In this document: positions 11,754 to 36,204 of the stretch, in pieces
Layout of the letters: every line of letters starts with the position of its first letter
Position numbering within the stretch: position 1 is the first letter of the stretch
Source of the DNA: Macrostomum lignano
Lineage: Eukaryota
NCBI GenBank assembly: GCA_002269645.1
Contig: NIVC01001178.1
Span: forward strand, 248,001 to 312,000
Length of the DNA stretch: 64,000 nucleotides
Direction: 5' to 3'
Made by a program: the position numbers and the translations under genes
The notes under the pieces: generated by a model
The model's input: the letters and a program-made list of their open reading frames with translations, nothing else
What the model was told of the DNA's origin: nothing
Databases searched by the model: none

Positions 11754-12208
11754 ATTTTGTTTGACGCACACTCGATGCTGTAGCTTCAATCGCTCTTTTG
11801 TTAACTGGTTTAAATCAAAATGCCAATTAAGTTTATGTAGTTTTACAACTGGTAATCAGTAAAAATTTAAATCAGAACTGAAAATGAATGTAATTCGAGA
11901 GTTTTATTAAGTACTTACACAATTAAAAAACTACTTGACTTCGATGAGATTACCAGGGTTAAATTTATGTACTCGTGCATGTACGTACCAATGCGCAATG
12001 CGCGATTCTAGTCTTAATTTTCCAAGAAACATTCATACGAGCGTATGCTGTCTAAGGACTTTAAGTTATTTGTGTGGAAGAAGTAGGTGCATAGCTAGCA
12101 TTCTAACAGTGAACTTTTCATCTAACTCACGACGACTTAAATTATCAAATAAGACGTTTAATCAAAAATTTTTATTCGTTAGTAAAATATTCGAATTTGG
12201 AATCGCTC

Positions 12209-21335
<9,127 letters not shown>

Positions 21336-22501
21336 GATCTGGAAATGGGGCAGATGTAGTTGGTGGTGCAGACAATCTGGCGCTTATTAAAATTATTACA
21401 GAAACTACAAAAACTTACCAAAATAGCAGACTTTTACAATACGAATAAAATTATTCAGCAAATTAAATTTCCGTCCAGGCTGCAAGCAACAGTGATAAGA
21501 GCGTGCGGACGACTTTTTTTAAAGACAAAAACCAGGGGTAATGAGCCAACAAGCTCTCTCGATCTTCCAGCGCTATTTGCTAACTAATCATTTTTCTGCA
21601 AAAAAGAGCAGCTTTGAAGCCAGACTGCGATAAGATACTGCCAGCTAGGCCAGTCGAGTCAGTTCTGTTTCACAGTCAACAGTGACGACTGCAGCAGTAG
21701 AAGCAATGCGCAGAAATAGCTGCTTAAATAGCTTCTGGACTAGTTGTTGAAACTGATGACTATTTAAGGTGTAGATATAATGTCAAGATGAAACAGGTCG
21801 ATAGTAATAGCCATTGTAACTAATTTTATTTTATAAGTCTATGAATAAACTTTCTAATTAACAGTGCAGCTTTCTGGAATAGAAATCAAATTAAATATAC
21901 ACGCATGTAAGGTGCGATCCGTGTGTACTGGTACATGCAATATTTTAGAGCTTTGAAGCTTAGGATCGATTACAATGCCTTAAACGGGTCTTACTTATAG
22001 TCAATTCCAGCATCAGTTTCATTTCCTTATCCTGCAGGTGCGCAATATAGCATAGCGCAGAAAAATGTTTTCAGACATGCACCCATTCAAATCTATGCAG
22101 CTGTCCATCAAATTTAGGCATTTTACAATTTCCGCTTTTATCAGCCTAGTGAAACAAATTAATCATGTAAAGTTTACTTGATTAACAAAGAAATCGAGAT
22201 CGATATGATTCCGCCAACCATAAGAGATTTATTTGAGTCTTGACCACGCAGTGTTCATGGTAGCAGACAGTAGGATCGGTTTTCATACGAATGAATTTAC
22301 CCAAAAATCGCTTTTTCGATCTACATAGGCTCGTACATGTACATAGATATGTACGTGTAAATTTCGCTCTACATAAGCACTATACGACTGATTTTTATTT
22401 ACAATATACCCTGACGAAGTCCCGGTTCGGGTCGAAATTTTTTTCTTAGAATTAAAGAAATTGTGAATTTGCTTCAACTGTGTGCGTGGTTTCATTTCGC
22501 C

Positions 22502-22908
<407 letters not shown>

Positions 22909-23752
22909 GTCCCGGTTCCACAGCAACTAAAATGGCCTACAGAATTTGCCAGAAGGTCCGCTGTCACTCCAGGTGCGCGGTCTACGCAATTCTTTGCAAC
23001 ACCTGCAATGGCCGTTGCAATTATGTCGGCGAAACAGGTGGAGCTATCAAGGTCAGACTCCAGGCCCACCTAAGTGACATTAGGCTCGCTAAGGACACCC
23101 CTGTTAGCAGACATTTTTGCTCTCCGAATCACTGCCACGGCGATCTTCGCTTCATGGGGCTCTGGTATCTCAGCACCGAGAGCGAGACCAGCAAAGAAGG
23201 AGCGCTACGCAGACGCAGGGTCATGGAACAGAAACTCATCTCCCTGCTGAGCACGCAGTCACCTGCAGGCCTCAATACAATTAACAGCAACACAAGCGCT
23301 TGTATCCCAATAGTTATTCCTTTTACGGATAGATCGACTAATATTGTACACGAAATTCGCACTGTTCTCTCAAACCATGCACATGGGTTGGACACTGTTG
23401 CTGCGTACACTCGAGCACCCTCTCTAAAGGACATTCTTTGCCCCTCAAAACTGCCTGCTCTCACTGATGGTATTGATTAAACTTTCAGAGTGAGCACTAT
23501 TGAGCAACGTGCGACGGAGACGCTATTTGATTTTATAAACTAACTCACAATACATTTTATTTCCCACTTACAATATAAACTTCGTTCCATTTTATAGCAC
23601 AATTATACTATTGTAAAACCCCGAAGAAGGCCATTTCACGGCCGAAATATCGGTTTACCATAATTCTTATATTTTTTTACCTTTGTGACTATCTTATTTA
23701 TTTCTCAGTTACCTTGGTTAGAGCTGCCACTGCGTGAGAGGTTTTTTCAAAC
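22909..23752 (+). mobile_element. 5'-truncated Penelope-like element: GIY-YIG endonuclease end plus 3' pLTR region
   Basis: Open frame to 23480: VYAILCNTC...YVGETG..IKVRLQAH..I....TPVSRHF...H......G.......RRRVMEQKLI..L.T.SPAGLN. Hammerhead motif downstream. Flanked by (TATC)n on both sides. Confidence 0.88.
23613..23658 (+). ncRNA. Minimal type-I hammerhead ribozyme motif of the Penelope pLTR (CCGAAGA core variant)
   Basis: Stem I GUAAAACC / GGUUUAC; core CCGAAGA-A; stem II GGCC-AUUUCAC-GGCC; GAAA; palindromic AUAU stem III; AUC cleavage triplet. Confidence 0.7.
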
Positions 23753-23754
23753 GT

Positions 23755-23808
23755 CTATCTATCCATCTATCTATCTATCTATCTATATTTCTATTATCTA
23801 TCTATATT

Positions 23809-23842
<34 letters not shown>

Positions 23843-23916
23843 CATCTATCTATCTATCTATCTATCTATATTTCTATTATCTATCTATATTTCTATCTAT
23901 CTATCTATCTATCTAT
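23755..23916. repeat. (TATC)n with duplicated variant block, right flank of the Penelope fragment
   Basis: Same TATATTTCTATTATCTATCTATATTTC block as the left flank, present twice. Confidence 0.9.
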
Positions 23917-26060
23917 ATTGATACTACTGAGCAGTTCGCAACAAAAGTAGTGCGCACGAATTTTAGTTCAGAATCACGAAAACAACTGATTCGGCGTTCT
24001 TTCTGTGTATAATTTCTGTCTGTCCAGTCGATAGCTTCCTATCGACTGGACACACACACACATCTACATACACATGTAGATCAATCTACCAAATCGATGT
24101 ACATGTAATTGTGATGAATGGCCCAAGGACAACTGAAGTTACTTCAGTTGGCCTTGGAATGGCCCTGCGCGTATTGGTCCACTCTGTTATTACCAGGCAA
24201 ATTATATAATAATTAGCCAGCCAAATTAAACTGCCAATTGATGCAGGGATAAAGGTATGAAGTTGAGTCGAATGTAGTGATTACTTTCGAAAGACAGCTG
24301 AGCTCAGCCTCAACACTGGGTCCGTCGGTAGCTTTGCAATTTCTAATCACAACAGCACACAGGAATGCAGATATGGTTCACTTTTTATCCACTGGGGGTT
24401 CTGTCATCCCAGTTGTTCACCATCCCAGACAGATACATGTATATAGTTAACAGGTTCGGCCCGTCATCGTTTGAATTACCTCTCGGCTTGGTCCGGAGTC
24501 CGAACTTCAGGGTAAATTCAAGAGCCTTGATGCATGTTGATCATGAACTTGGTGGAAAAAACAAACAAATCAGAACCATGTTAAACTTATCACGCAAATC
24601 AGATCTGTGTGACTCTACAACGAATTTCTTTTGATTTTTATTAATTTTTGTTATACTAGTGTATTTTTTATTTTCCAAATCACCGCTAGTAACAAATTAA
24701 AGTTTAAATTATAAGTAGGAAGATGAAATACTACACACGAACTCTGATATGCTGTATTTGGAGATAAAATAGGGCGGGAAATGGGACACGATTTGTTGGA
24801 TAGCAACCAATGAGAATTAGGAACAACCGATTTTGAAGAAAGTCGCATATAGCAGAGCTGCTCCGCCTGAAGAAAAGCACAAAAAAGTTACAACAGATTC
24901 ATCGATGGGTTTTCCATAATATCCGATGGAAATTGACACGTCACACGAGAACATTGGCTTATAAATCGCTAACAAAAATTGCAACAAGCAGTACAAGAGC
25001 AATTGGCAAAGACGGTAAAGTTCCGGAAAAATACTAATACGAAAGAATTACTTTTATATATAGTCAGAGCGCATGGAGCAAGCATTCGAATATGCGGCTG
25101 AAATTTAGTGGGATTTCGAGGATGAAAATCATTAAAACAAATAGCAAGTGACAAGAAACTCTTATAGAGTATTGCATATTCTTACCAACAAAAACTCGAA
25201 TCACAACTAAATATTTGAACATTTTCAAGCAAAATACTAGCAGTAATATTATTGTTAAGGTTGGCAACTATTTTCAGTGAATTAAAAGCTTCAGAGATGT
25301 CTTAAATTAAACTATACGGAAGAATAGGTATTTTAAATTTCAAAGTGGATCAGAAACAATGCATGGATTAAAATTAAAGAATAAGATAAACCTGGAGCAA
25401 TTTATCCACAAAAATAGTAGTTTAATAAAGAATTCATTTCATTTATGCGAAAGGCACCAACACGCTTCTGAAATTCGTGAATTGAACCTCAAAAATTTTA
25501 ACAAATAAGAAAATAAGTGATGATAAATTATGTTATATATGCCTTTCAAACAATAAGACATTTACTAACAAACATAAACAAGTGTTTAAAAAAAAAATTT
25601 AGCATTTGAATAATTTTGTCAGCAAAAATCGAAACTTCTTCATCATCAAAATGGCACCACAAAATCGCGTTCACTTGAGCAGTGAGTTCGATCAGTTGAG
25701 TATGTGTTTTAATGAGATTTTAAATTTAAATTTCAAAGTTTTACCACCGAAAAGAAAAGATTTTCGTCCCGATTAAATAATCTGGCTTCTACAAATCTAT
25801 TTTGATATGTTAGGTATCCTCAAAGAGAAGCCTATACTTCTGTTAGTTTGACTACTGAAAAGGTGAACTTGACTAAATTTAAAGGGATTTCAAACTCAAA
25901 GGGAAAATAGCACAGCTCGTCGTTGCATTATCAACATAAGCTACTACACTACTTATAAGTATTCAAGTACATGTAGCTAAACATACCCGTACGGAAGAAA
26001 CCTTACGACGAAAAATATGCCCCCCCCCATTTAATTTAGTTATACTTGCAATCTTTAATA

Positions 26061-29000
26061 TTAATAGTTCCTAGTACTCGAGTTAATTGAGGATCCCCTT
26101 TCGCGAAGCGCATCAGCCGCAGCAACGGCAGTGCCTGGCTCCACCTCGTCAGGCATAGGCAAGTCCAGCTGTTTCACCAGCTCATATTTGTGACCGCCCA
26201 CCCCGGCCGCACTTCTAGCCGCCAGGCGTTGCATTATGATGGCGGTTAGAAGGGCCAGGAATTTGAAGAACATCAGAAAGCCCTGGATGACGAAAAAGTA
26301 ACGATACTCGTAGCGTTCGGCTATCATGGCGGTGACGGACGGCGACAGCGCCATGCCGACACCCATGCCGGCCAGGCTAAACGGATAGGCCAGGTGTCCC
26401 GGCAGCATCGTCATCTCCTCACCGGCCGGGAACAGAAACGTTATACTCGGACCCATGCAGAATCCGGACAGGTAGGCCAAGAAATAGCTCAACGTCTCGT
26501 TCGAGGCGACAACTTCCCAGTAGATTAGCGAGCAGGACATCACGAAGGTTGTGGAGCTCAGAATATATTTAAGCCGATTTTTCAACAGGTTCTTTGTGAG
26601 CACGGCGATCACCGCTGCAATGGCGTAGGTGGACGCTTCTCCGGATGCGAACAGCAGCGTCAGATGGGAGCTCTTAGTCAGCGAAGCCTCCCTACGCCTG
26701 ACATAGTCAGCTAGGTTCAGCAGCATACCGTACGTAACAATACTAGTCATAATTCGATCGAAGAACCAAAGCACTAAATAGGGAACTTTATCCCGTTCAA
26801 CATCCCAAATAGCGCCCAGGCATTTCTTATCGTTAGCGTACGGTGGCAAATCTTCGCGTTTCGTAAAAAAACAACTGCCAGTCAGAGTGACAAAGAAGTA
26901 GATAACGCCAAGAATTAGGAAGGCATTTCTCCAGTTGTAAACCTCAATCAGATAGGCGTACAGTTGCACAAACAATATGGACGCTATGGAGCCTCCACTG
27001 ACTAGTGTCGTAGCCAGAATGTGGTACGGATGCTGCTTATCGAAGTGTTCGTTGACAACCAGACCAACTACGCTGAGGATTAGCGACGATCCAATGCCGT
27101 GAAACAGAGTGTGCGTGAGAAACAGCCAGTGCGGATTTGGTACGAACGCGCTGGTGACGCAGGCCAGCAGGATTGCAAGAGTGCCGAGCAGTTGGAACAG
27201 CTGGAATCTGCGGCCGTAGGCTAAAATGATCGACGTGCTCAGCGTGGTGGTCATGTAGCCGAATGCGGCGTACGAGTCGCCGATCCAGTTCAGCTCGGCC
27301 AGCGTGATGGTTTGATTGAATTCGACGTGCAGTTGGGCTACGAAGACGCCGAATGCGCGCCGTTTGCCGCCCAGAAAGATGACATTGATGGCGGCGAACG
27401 CCAGGATTAGCCATGCCCAGGTCTGCTGGGTCTCTGCGGGCTGGGCAGTGGCACGAGAATGACTGCTGTTTAGATAATTTAAAAACCATTTTGGCTCACA
27501 AAAGTGCAATGTACATGTATGTCCTATTCAATGTAGCTACCAAATTCATTACCCAATAAAGGAAACCCTACTCCCTCAAAGACAGGGTGTAAATGTACAT
27601 CTGATCTGAAGACATGGGTACCTCACTAAGAAGACAGGAGTGCCTCACTATAAGAAGACAGGAGTGCCTCACAATAAGAAGACAGGAGTGCCTCACTAAG
27701 AACACCAGGAGTGCCTCACTATAAGAAGACAGGAGTGCCTCACTTAGAAGACAGGAGTGCCTCACTATAAGAAGACAGGAGTGCCTCACTATAAGAAGAT
27801 TGGAGTGCCTCACTATAAGAAGATTGGAGAGCCTCACTTAAAGACAGGAGTGCCTCACTATAAGAAGATTGGAGTGCCTCACTATAAGAAGATTGGAGTG
27901 CCTCACTATAAGAAGACAGGAGTGCCTCACTATAAGAAGACAGGAGTGCCTCACTATAAGAAGACAGGAGTGCCTCACTATAAGAAGATTGGAGTGCCTC
28001 ACTATAAGAAGACAGGAGTGCCTCACTAAGAAGACAGGAGTGCCTCACTATAAGAAGACAGGAGTGCCTCACTAAGAAGACAGGAGTGCCTCACTATAAG
28101 AAGATTGGAGTGCCTCACTATAAGAAGACAGGAGTGCCTCACTATAAGAAAACAGGAGTGCTTCACTATAAGAAGACAGGAATGCCTCACTAAAAAGACA
28201 GGAGTGCCTCGCTAAGAAGACAGGAATGCCTCACTAAAAAGACAGGAGTGCCTCGCTAAGAAGACAGGAATGCCTCACTAAGAAGACAGGAGTGCCTCAC
28301 TAAGAACACCAGGAGTGCCTCACTAAGAAGACAGGAGTGCCTCACTAAGAACACCAGGAGTGCCTCACTAAGAAGACAGGAGTGCCTCACTAAGAAGACA
28401 GGAGTACCTCACTTGAAAACAGGAGTGCCTCACTAAGAAAACAGGAGTACCTCACTTGAAAACAGGAGTGCCTCACTAAGAACACCAGGAGTGCCTCACT
28501 AAGAAGACAGGAGTGCCTCACTAAGAAGACAGGAGTACCTCACTTGAAAACAGGAGTGCCTCACTAAGAAAACAGGAGTGCCTCACTAAGAAGACGAGTG
28601 CCTCACCAGAACACATGGCTGCTCATTAGAAGATAGGGGTGCCAAGTTCAAAAAGGTATTTTCAAAACTCACATATATGAGTAACAATTATCAAAGAGAT
28701 TTATTTTAAACTAATCAACTAATTATCCTATACACTGCTTACCGATTTTCTTGTAAATCAGCTCCGCTTCGGCATGCTTGTTTCATGAAATTCACTTCAA
28801 CAGCAACTCTATTTTAACCAAAATATTTCTAGAAACTGTTTTGTCAGAACTCAGGCAACAATATTTTCTCCAGTTTTGTCCGCCTCACATGCGTCTTATA
28901 AACAGTCTGCCCCCCTCTCTCATTCTTCATCACTCTGTACTCGCTCGAGCTTCAAACTATAATAGAAGATGTACATTAATAAGTAGCTCTAAATGCCTAA

Positions 29001-29564
29001 TCTAGAGAATGCAGCTTCCATTCTCTTCTCTCTACCTTAATGACGTATATTTAAAACTTATTTCTTCATTCGAGCTTTCGGAAGACTCACATGAATACTG
29101 CTGTTTGTACAGAGCTGACTCGTGCTACACTGAGAGCAGCCATCTGCACAATTGTGCACGGCATTTTTAACCATTCCTTAGCAGAAAGGAAACTGTGTAC
29201 TGTAGTTTGTAGCTAAGGCCTTAGCAACCTTTCTTATAATACACACGAGCTAGTAAGTACACTACCGTATGTATACAGTATACGCTCCAATGTTGCGTAT
29301 TTTTCATACGACGTAGACAGTTAAGCAACTTGATGACTTAATCACAAGTTACAAATATTATTTTTGCTAGCATGCTAGCATATTTTTGCTAAAGCCCCTT
29401 GGTGTTAATTATGACATTACTTTACATTGCCACGAGTTATTGAGGTTGGGATTCAGCTTCTGCTGCGTACACAATTTTTACAGTAAAACAAAGCAATTCA
29501 AAGAAACACATGCAAGTTAAAAACATAAAACTCATGAGACTTACATTGCAACAGAAACTGGCAT
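26061..29564 (-). CDS. MFS transporter, SLC16/monocarboxylate-transporter-like (about 474 aa)
   Basis: Long exon 27465-26061 with ~12 hydrophobic segments (WAWLIL..F...FGVF, WIGD, GIGSSL...V.EHFDK, G.G..L.P). Predicted short first coding exon 29564-29545 (MPVSVAI, GTAAGT donor, phase 2) into a NAGNAG acceptor. Probable 5' UTR exons at 32614-32591 and ending at 32989. Confidence 0.82.
27620..28610. repeat. 21-24-bp minisatellite (CCTCACTATAAGAAGACAGGAGTG)n, MFS intron
   Basis: Direct periodicity. Confidence 0.94.
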
Positions 29565-30442
29565 AGCTAAAGTTCTGTGCTGTTCCAAAAGCTCCAATTA
29601 GGTCGGTAGATCAGGACGCGATTCTAGTTGCTACCCTGAATGCCGAATGAACCGAATGAGAAGAGATGTCTAAAAAATTACCAGAGAAAATGTAAACAAT
29701 ACAGTTAAATTAGAAAATAGGAAAATACCCTAGGTTAAGAACAAATGTGTTCTCAACGAGCTACCGTTGAAGGCCATATGCATATATATAATATCCATGT
29801 ATGAAATTTCTCATATTTTCCTTCGATTAGAAATTTCCTCCACACTCTCAAACACCCCCCCCCCAAACCTCCCATAGGCAGAGTTGCTCACCACACCGCG
29901 CTCACTTGTTCACTCTGGCTGACTCGACCCCTTTCTATAGAACGTTTGTCTCGTGGCTTAAAACCTACAGGCAAGGGGGGGGGGTTGGTGTTGTTGCAAC
30001 TTGCAGTCACGAGCAGCTGTCTTGTATAGCCTTGAAGTCAACTGACTGACTGACTCTCTCTCTCTCCCTCTCTCTCCTCTCTCTCTTTCTCTCTCTCTCT
30101 CCTGACTCTATAACTGACAAACTTGCATTCAGAGTTGAGAATTCGAGACCAATATATATGATTACCATTATTGGAGCTTTGAGTCTTTGGGGTAGGTTTG
30201 AGTCTTGCGTTGGCCTGTTTTAAGGATTTTGGGGGAGAGCAGGCAAGTTCAAACTTATATGCCGTGTGAGTTGGCGTTGGAATCTTTCCTTACTGTGTCT
30301 TCAAACTTTATACGTTAGAATTGAGTTGGAGTTTCTTAAAAAATCAATAGCTTATTTGAGAAATGCAGAGTTTGCTGCAGTGTGGGAACTCGGTTATAGT
30401 CAGCCTATCTAAGAGTGTACATCTGGTTGGCGGACATTGGAT

Positions 30443-30981
30443 TGTGTCAGTGGGACTCTATCCACGGATTGTGTGTCAGTGGGACTCTATCCACGGATTG
30501 TGTGTCAGTGGGACTCTATCCACGGATTGTGTGTCAGTGGGACTCTATCCACGGATTGTGTGCCAGTGGGACTCTATCCACGGATTGTGTGTCAGTGGGA
30601 CTCTATCCACGGATTGTGTGCCAGTGGGACTCTATCCACGGATTGTGTGTCAGTGGGACTCTATCCACGGATTGTGTGTCAGTGGGACTCTATCCACGGA
30701 TTGTGTGCCAGTGGGACTCTATCCACGGATTGTGTGTCAGTGGGACTCTATCCACGGATTGTGTGTCAGTGGGACTCTATCCACGGATTGTGTCAGTGGG
30801 ACTCTATCCACGGATTGTGTGTCAGTGGGACTCTATCCACGGATTGTGTCAGTGGGACTCTATCCACGGATTGTGTGTCAGTGGGACTCTATCCACGGAT
30901 TGTGTGTCAGTGGGACTCTATCCACGGATTGTGTGTCAGTGGGACTCTATCCACGGATTGTGTCAGTGGGACTCTATCCAC
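30443..30981. repeat. 27/29-bp minisatellite (GTCAGTGGGACTCTATCCACGGATTGTGT)n
   Basis: Direct periodicity; the overlapping ORFs are artefacts. Confidence 0.95.
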
Positions 30982-31534
30982 GAGTTGAGTAACTGTGCGC
31001 GAGTCCAGGACCCCCCGGAGAGGGACGGATCGAGTTGCACTGTCAGTTTAGCTGCAGCTGTCTACCCCTGTTCCAACCTTTGCAATCGGTTAATTTTTTC
31101 AAGTCAAGGCTTTGTCCCAAAAAATTCCCTTCGTAGGCACTTGTGCATGTACGGTACTTGATCTCAATAAGCTTTGAACACTGTGGAACATTGCTATCCG
31201 TATTGGAGAAAGATTTTGCTAAAATCGAAAATGCACATTGTAGAGCTTGATACACAACTTTATACACGTAGCTCTGCTGCAGGATAGCTAGCCAGGGGCT
31301 ATTTATTTCTATAGGTACAGTGTAGCCAATTGATTTTAATCTGGGTAGACAGTGGTCTCTTTAAACAAAAAATATAAAATATGTATGAATATTATTTGAA
31401 ATTTTTGTGCTGTTCGCACAGTGGTGTAGGGAAACCTGCTCAAATAAGATTAAAAACTTTCTCGGGTCAGATGAAAGATTGAAAGACAGGTAGCTTTTAA
31501 CTGGTTAGTCTCTTTATTAGTTTAGCGAGAGATT

Positions 31535-32505
31535 AGCGAGGAGGGATTAGTGAATAGAGATTAGCGAGGAGGAATTAGGGAGGAGGGATTAGCAAGGAGG
31601 GATTAGCAAGGAGGGATTAGCGAGGCGAGATTAGCGAGGATGGATTAGTCAGGAGGGATTAGAGAGGAGGGATTAGAGCGAAGGGATTAGCGAGGAGGGA
31701 TTAGAGAGGAAAGATTAGCGAGGAGGGATTAGCAAGGAGGGATTAGAGAGGAGGGATTAGAGAGGAGGGATTAGGGAGAAGGGATTAACGAGGAGGGATT
31801 AGAGAGGAGGGATTAGAGAGGAAAGATTAGCGAGGAGGGATTAGCGAGGAGGGATTAGCAAGGAGGGATTAGAGAGGAGGGATTAGAGAGGAGGGATTAG
31901 GGAGAAGGGATTAACGAGGAGGGATTAGAGAGGAGGGATTAGAGAGGAGGGATTAGCAAGGAGGGATTAGCGAGGAGGGATTAGAGAGGAGGGATTAGCG
32001 AGAAGGGATTAGCGAGAAGGGATTAGCGTGGAGGGATTAGAGAGGAGGGATTAAAGAGGACGGATTAACGAGAAGGGATTAACGAGGAGGGATTAGAGAG
32101 GAGGGATTAGAGAGGAGGGATTAGCAAGGAGGGATTAGCGAGGAGGGATTAGAGAGGAGGGATTAGCGAGAAGGGATTAGCGAGAAGGGATTAGCGTGGA
32201 GGGATTAGAGAGGAGGGATTAAAGAGGACGGATTAGCGAGAAGGGATTAACGAGGAGGGATTAGAGAGGAGGGATTAGAGAGGAGGGATTAGCGAGGAGG
32301 GATTAGAGAGGAGGGATTAGAGAGGAGGGATTAGCGAGAAGGGATTAGCGAGAAGGGATTAGCGTGGAGGGATTAGAGAGGAGGGATTAAAGAGGACGGA
32401 TTAGCGAGGAGGGATTAGAGAGGAGGGATTAGCGAGGAGGGATTAGAGAGGAGGGATTAGAGAGGAGGGATTAGAGAGGAGGGATTAGAGAGGATGTATT
32501 AGCCA
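31535..32505. repeat. 14-bp purine-rich minisatellite (GGGATTAGAGAGGA)n
   Basis: Direct periodicity. Confidence 0.94.
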
Positions 32506-33407
32506 GGAGGGATCAATGAGGGAAATTATCGTTGGGATGAGCTAGAGACACAAGCGAAAAAGGAATTAACCCTGCAAGCAATAAACTTACATTGAAGAGG
32601 AGCCGGAAGTCTACCTGAAAAAATAAATTCCTTAAATATCCTAAACTGAAACTGACATTTTCAAAGAAATTATATAAGGAATTGAAGTTTTTCCTCTAAT
32701 GTAGGTTTCAAAATTTAGGACAGTTCAAACAGATTACTTAGTTAGTGCATCCGTGTTGTTGACTTGAAATAAAGTTGGTCTAAACTACGATATTCTTATC
32801 GGTGGAGACATTAAACCAAGTTAAACCGGTTTATCAGTATTAATGTAAACAATTTCAAATGATTTCCTAGAAACTTGCACTACTTTCCGTTTTGCACTGA
32901 AAGAATTAGCATTTTAAGTCACTACAGATTTTACAGGCATAAATTTTTATTAGTCAGCGTGGTTCCGATAACAAATATAGTAACTTACCAGTTTGGAAAA
33001 CGTTTGATTTAACAGTTGCATCCTGGCGTCAAGCAGACCTTAAAGCTAAACGTCAGATTGGCTAATCATTTGGCTTAATCATCATTTTAAAGACTCTAGA
33101 AGGATTCTAGATTGGGAAAAAAGAGTAGTTAAGCTGTCATAATGTAATTTAAGATCAAGGTGCTACTTATTTATATCAAATGTGAGACTTAATGAAACTT
33201 CTTAGCATTCAGGCACTTCAAATAATTATTGTCTATGGTAATTTATGTCAAAATATACAACTATATAAAATACGATTGCTTATTTAATCGTTAAAAAATT
33301 GTACTATTCTGAGCCGGGAATGTGTTGTCTGTGGTAATTTTTAACAAAAACTAGGATATTATATCATATAATCTCCTCGAAATCAGGAGCAATCGAATTT
33401 AATATAT

Positions 33408-33554
33408 GATAAACGCCGTTTAATTCATCATAGTCTATGGTTAGAATATCCTCGGCTGCAATCAATGGTCCTCGGCTCGCTACGCTCACCTCGAGACCAT
33501 TAAACGCAGCCTCGGACATTCTAACCACAGAATGTGAATTAAACGGCGTTTATT
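33408..33554. mobile_element. ~150-bp fold-back palindrome (non-autonomous element)
   Basis: Arms TAAACGCCGTTTAATTCA..TGGTTAGAAT..GGCTGC..AATGGTC / GACCATT..GCAGCC..ATTCTAACCA..TGAATTAAACGGCGTTTA around the loop CTCGGCTCGCTACGCTCACCTCGA. Confidence 0.65.
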
Positions 33555-33598
33555 ATTTACATATAGAACTATGGCCGAGACTAATTAAGTCGCTTCAC

Positions 33599-35177
<1,579 letters not shown>

Positions 35178-35496
35178 ATAAATGAACAGGACTTCAATTC
35201 TATTAAAGGATACATCAGCATCAAATGCTTTCAACCTGATTTCTAAAAGTGCGTTTTTCGTTGGTGAATTGCGCTGTCGAGGCCTACAACTGGAAACCTT
35301 GAAAACAGAAGTAGCCAAGCTGATGAGGAAGAGAGCCTTCCTTCATTAGTCATTTCCCCGACAGGTCTGCGCAGCCCCCCCCCGCGTGCCCGGTAAACAA
35401 CCAGCCATCGGTGCCGCAGACCCAAAAGCCTTACGAACTGGTGCACTTTCAAGACATCGTAGCTCGAATGCAACTTTTATTCTTTTGCCTCGCCTC

Positions 35497-35750
35497 GCCA
35501 GCACCAAGGAGTGCCAGCACTAAGGGGCGCCAGCACCAAGGGGCGCCAGCACCAAGGGGCGCCAGCACCAAGGGGCGCCAGCACCAAGGGGCGCCAGCAC
35601 CAAGGGGTGCCAGCACCAAGGGGCGCCAGCACCAAGGGGCGCCAGCACCAAGGGGTGCCAGCACCAAGGGGCGCCAGCACCAAGGGGCGCCAGCACCAAG
35701 GGGCGCCAGCACCAAGGGGCGCCAGCACCAAGAGGCGCCAGCACCAAGGG
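35497..35750. repeat. 16-bp GC-rich minisatellite (CAGCACCAAGGGGCGC)n
   Basis: Direct periodicity. Confidence 0.94.
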
Positions 35751-36204
35751 GTGTCCGGAACATTACTGAATTCACAACGAAGTGATTCCAGTGTCTGCTG
35801 TCTGCACTGCCACACAGCAATGTCTGGCTACCCGAATACATGCTGGATGATTCGGCCACCTAAATGCCAACCTTGCAATCCTTGTAATCAATAACTTTCT
35901 GTTGCTCCTGTCGGTAGGAAAGAACTTTCAAATAATAGCTATGGTACTTGTAAATCACAAGGGCTTCGGTTAAAAGCATGCGAATCAAGGTAGGTTAGAG
36001 TGCTGTTTTGCTAATCTGCAGCCAAGTTGCGGTGGCTTCTACAAGAGAGAGACAGCAAAGCTATTGTACATTTTACGAAATAAGGCCTCAGTTTCATGAG
36101 GAGCTTGTCAGGTGTCTAAGTCATAGATAGATATGGGGCAAAAGGCTCATGGAGAATTACGCGAAAGTCAAGACATGGCTCAAAGTGAACTGTTGAAATG
36201 CCTC

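Noticed and set aside
24650-25270. Hydrophobic minus-strand ORF fragments vaguely like a TRP/polycystin or GPCR segment
   Set aside because: Short, broken by stops, AT-rich, with no convincing conserved motif or splice model.
31535-32505. GGGATTAG repeat as interstitial telomere
   Set aside because: The unit is 14 bp and is not (TTAGGG)n on either strand.
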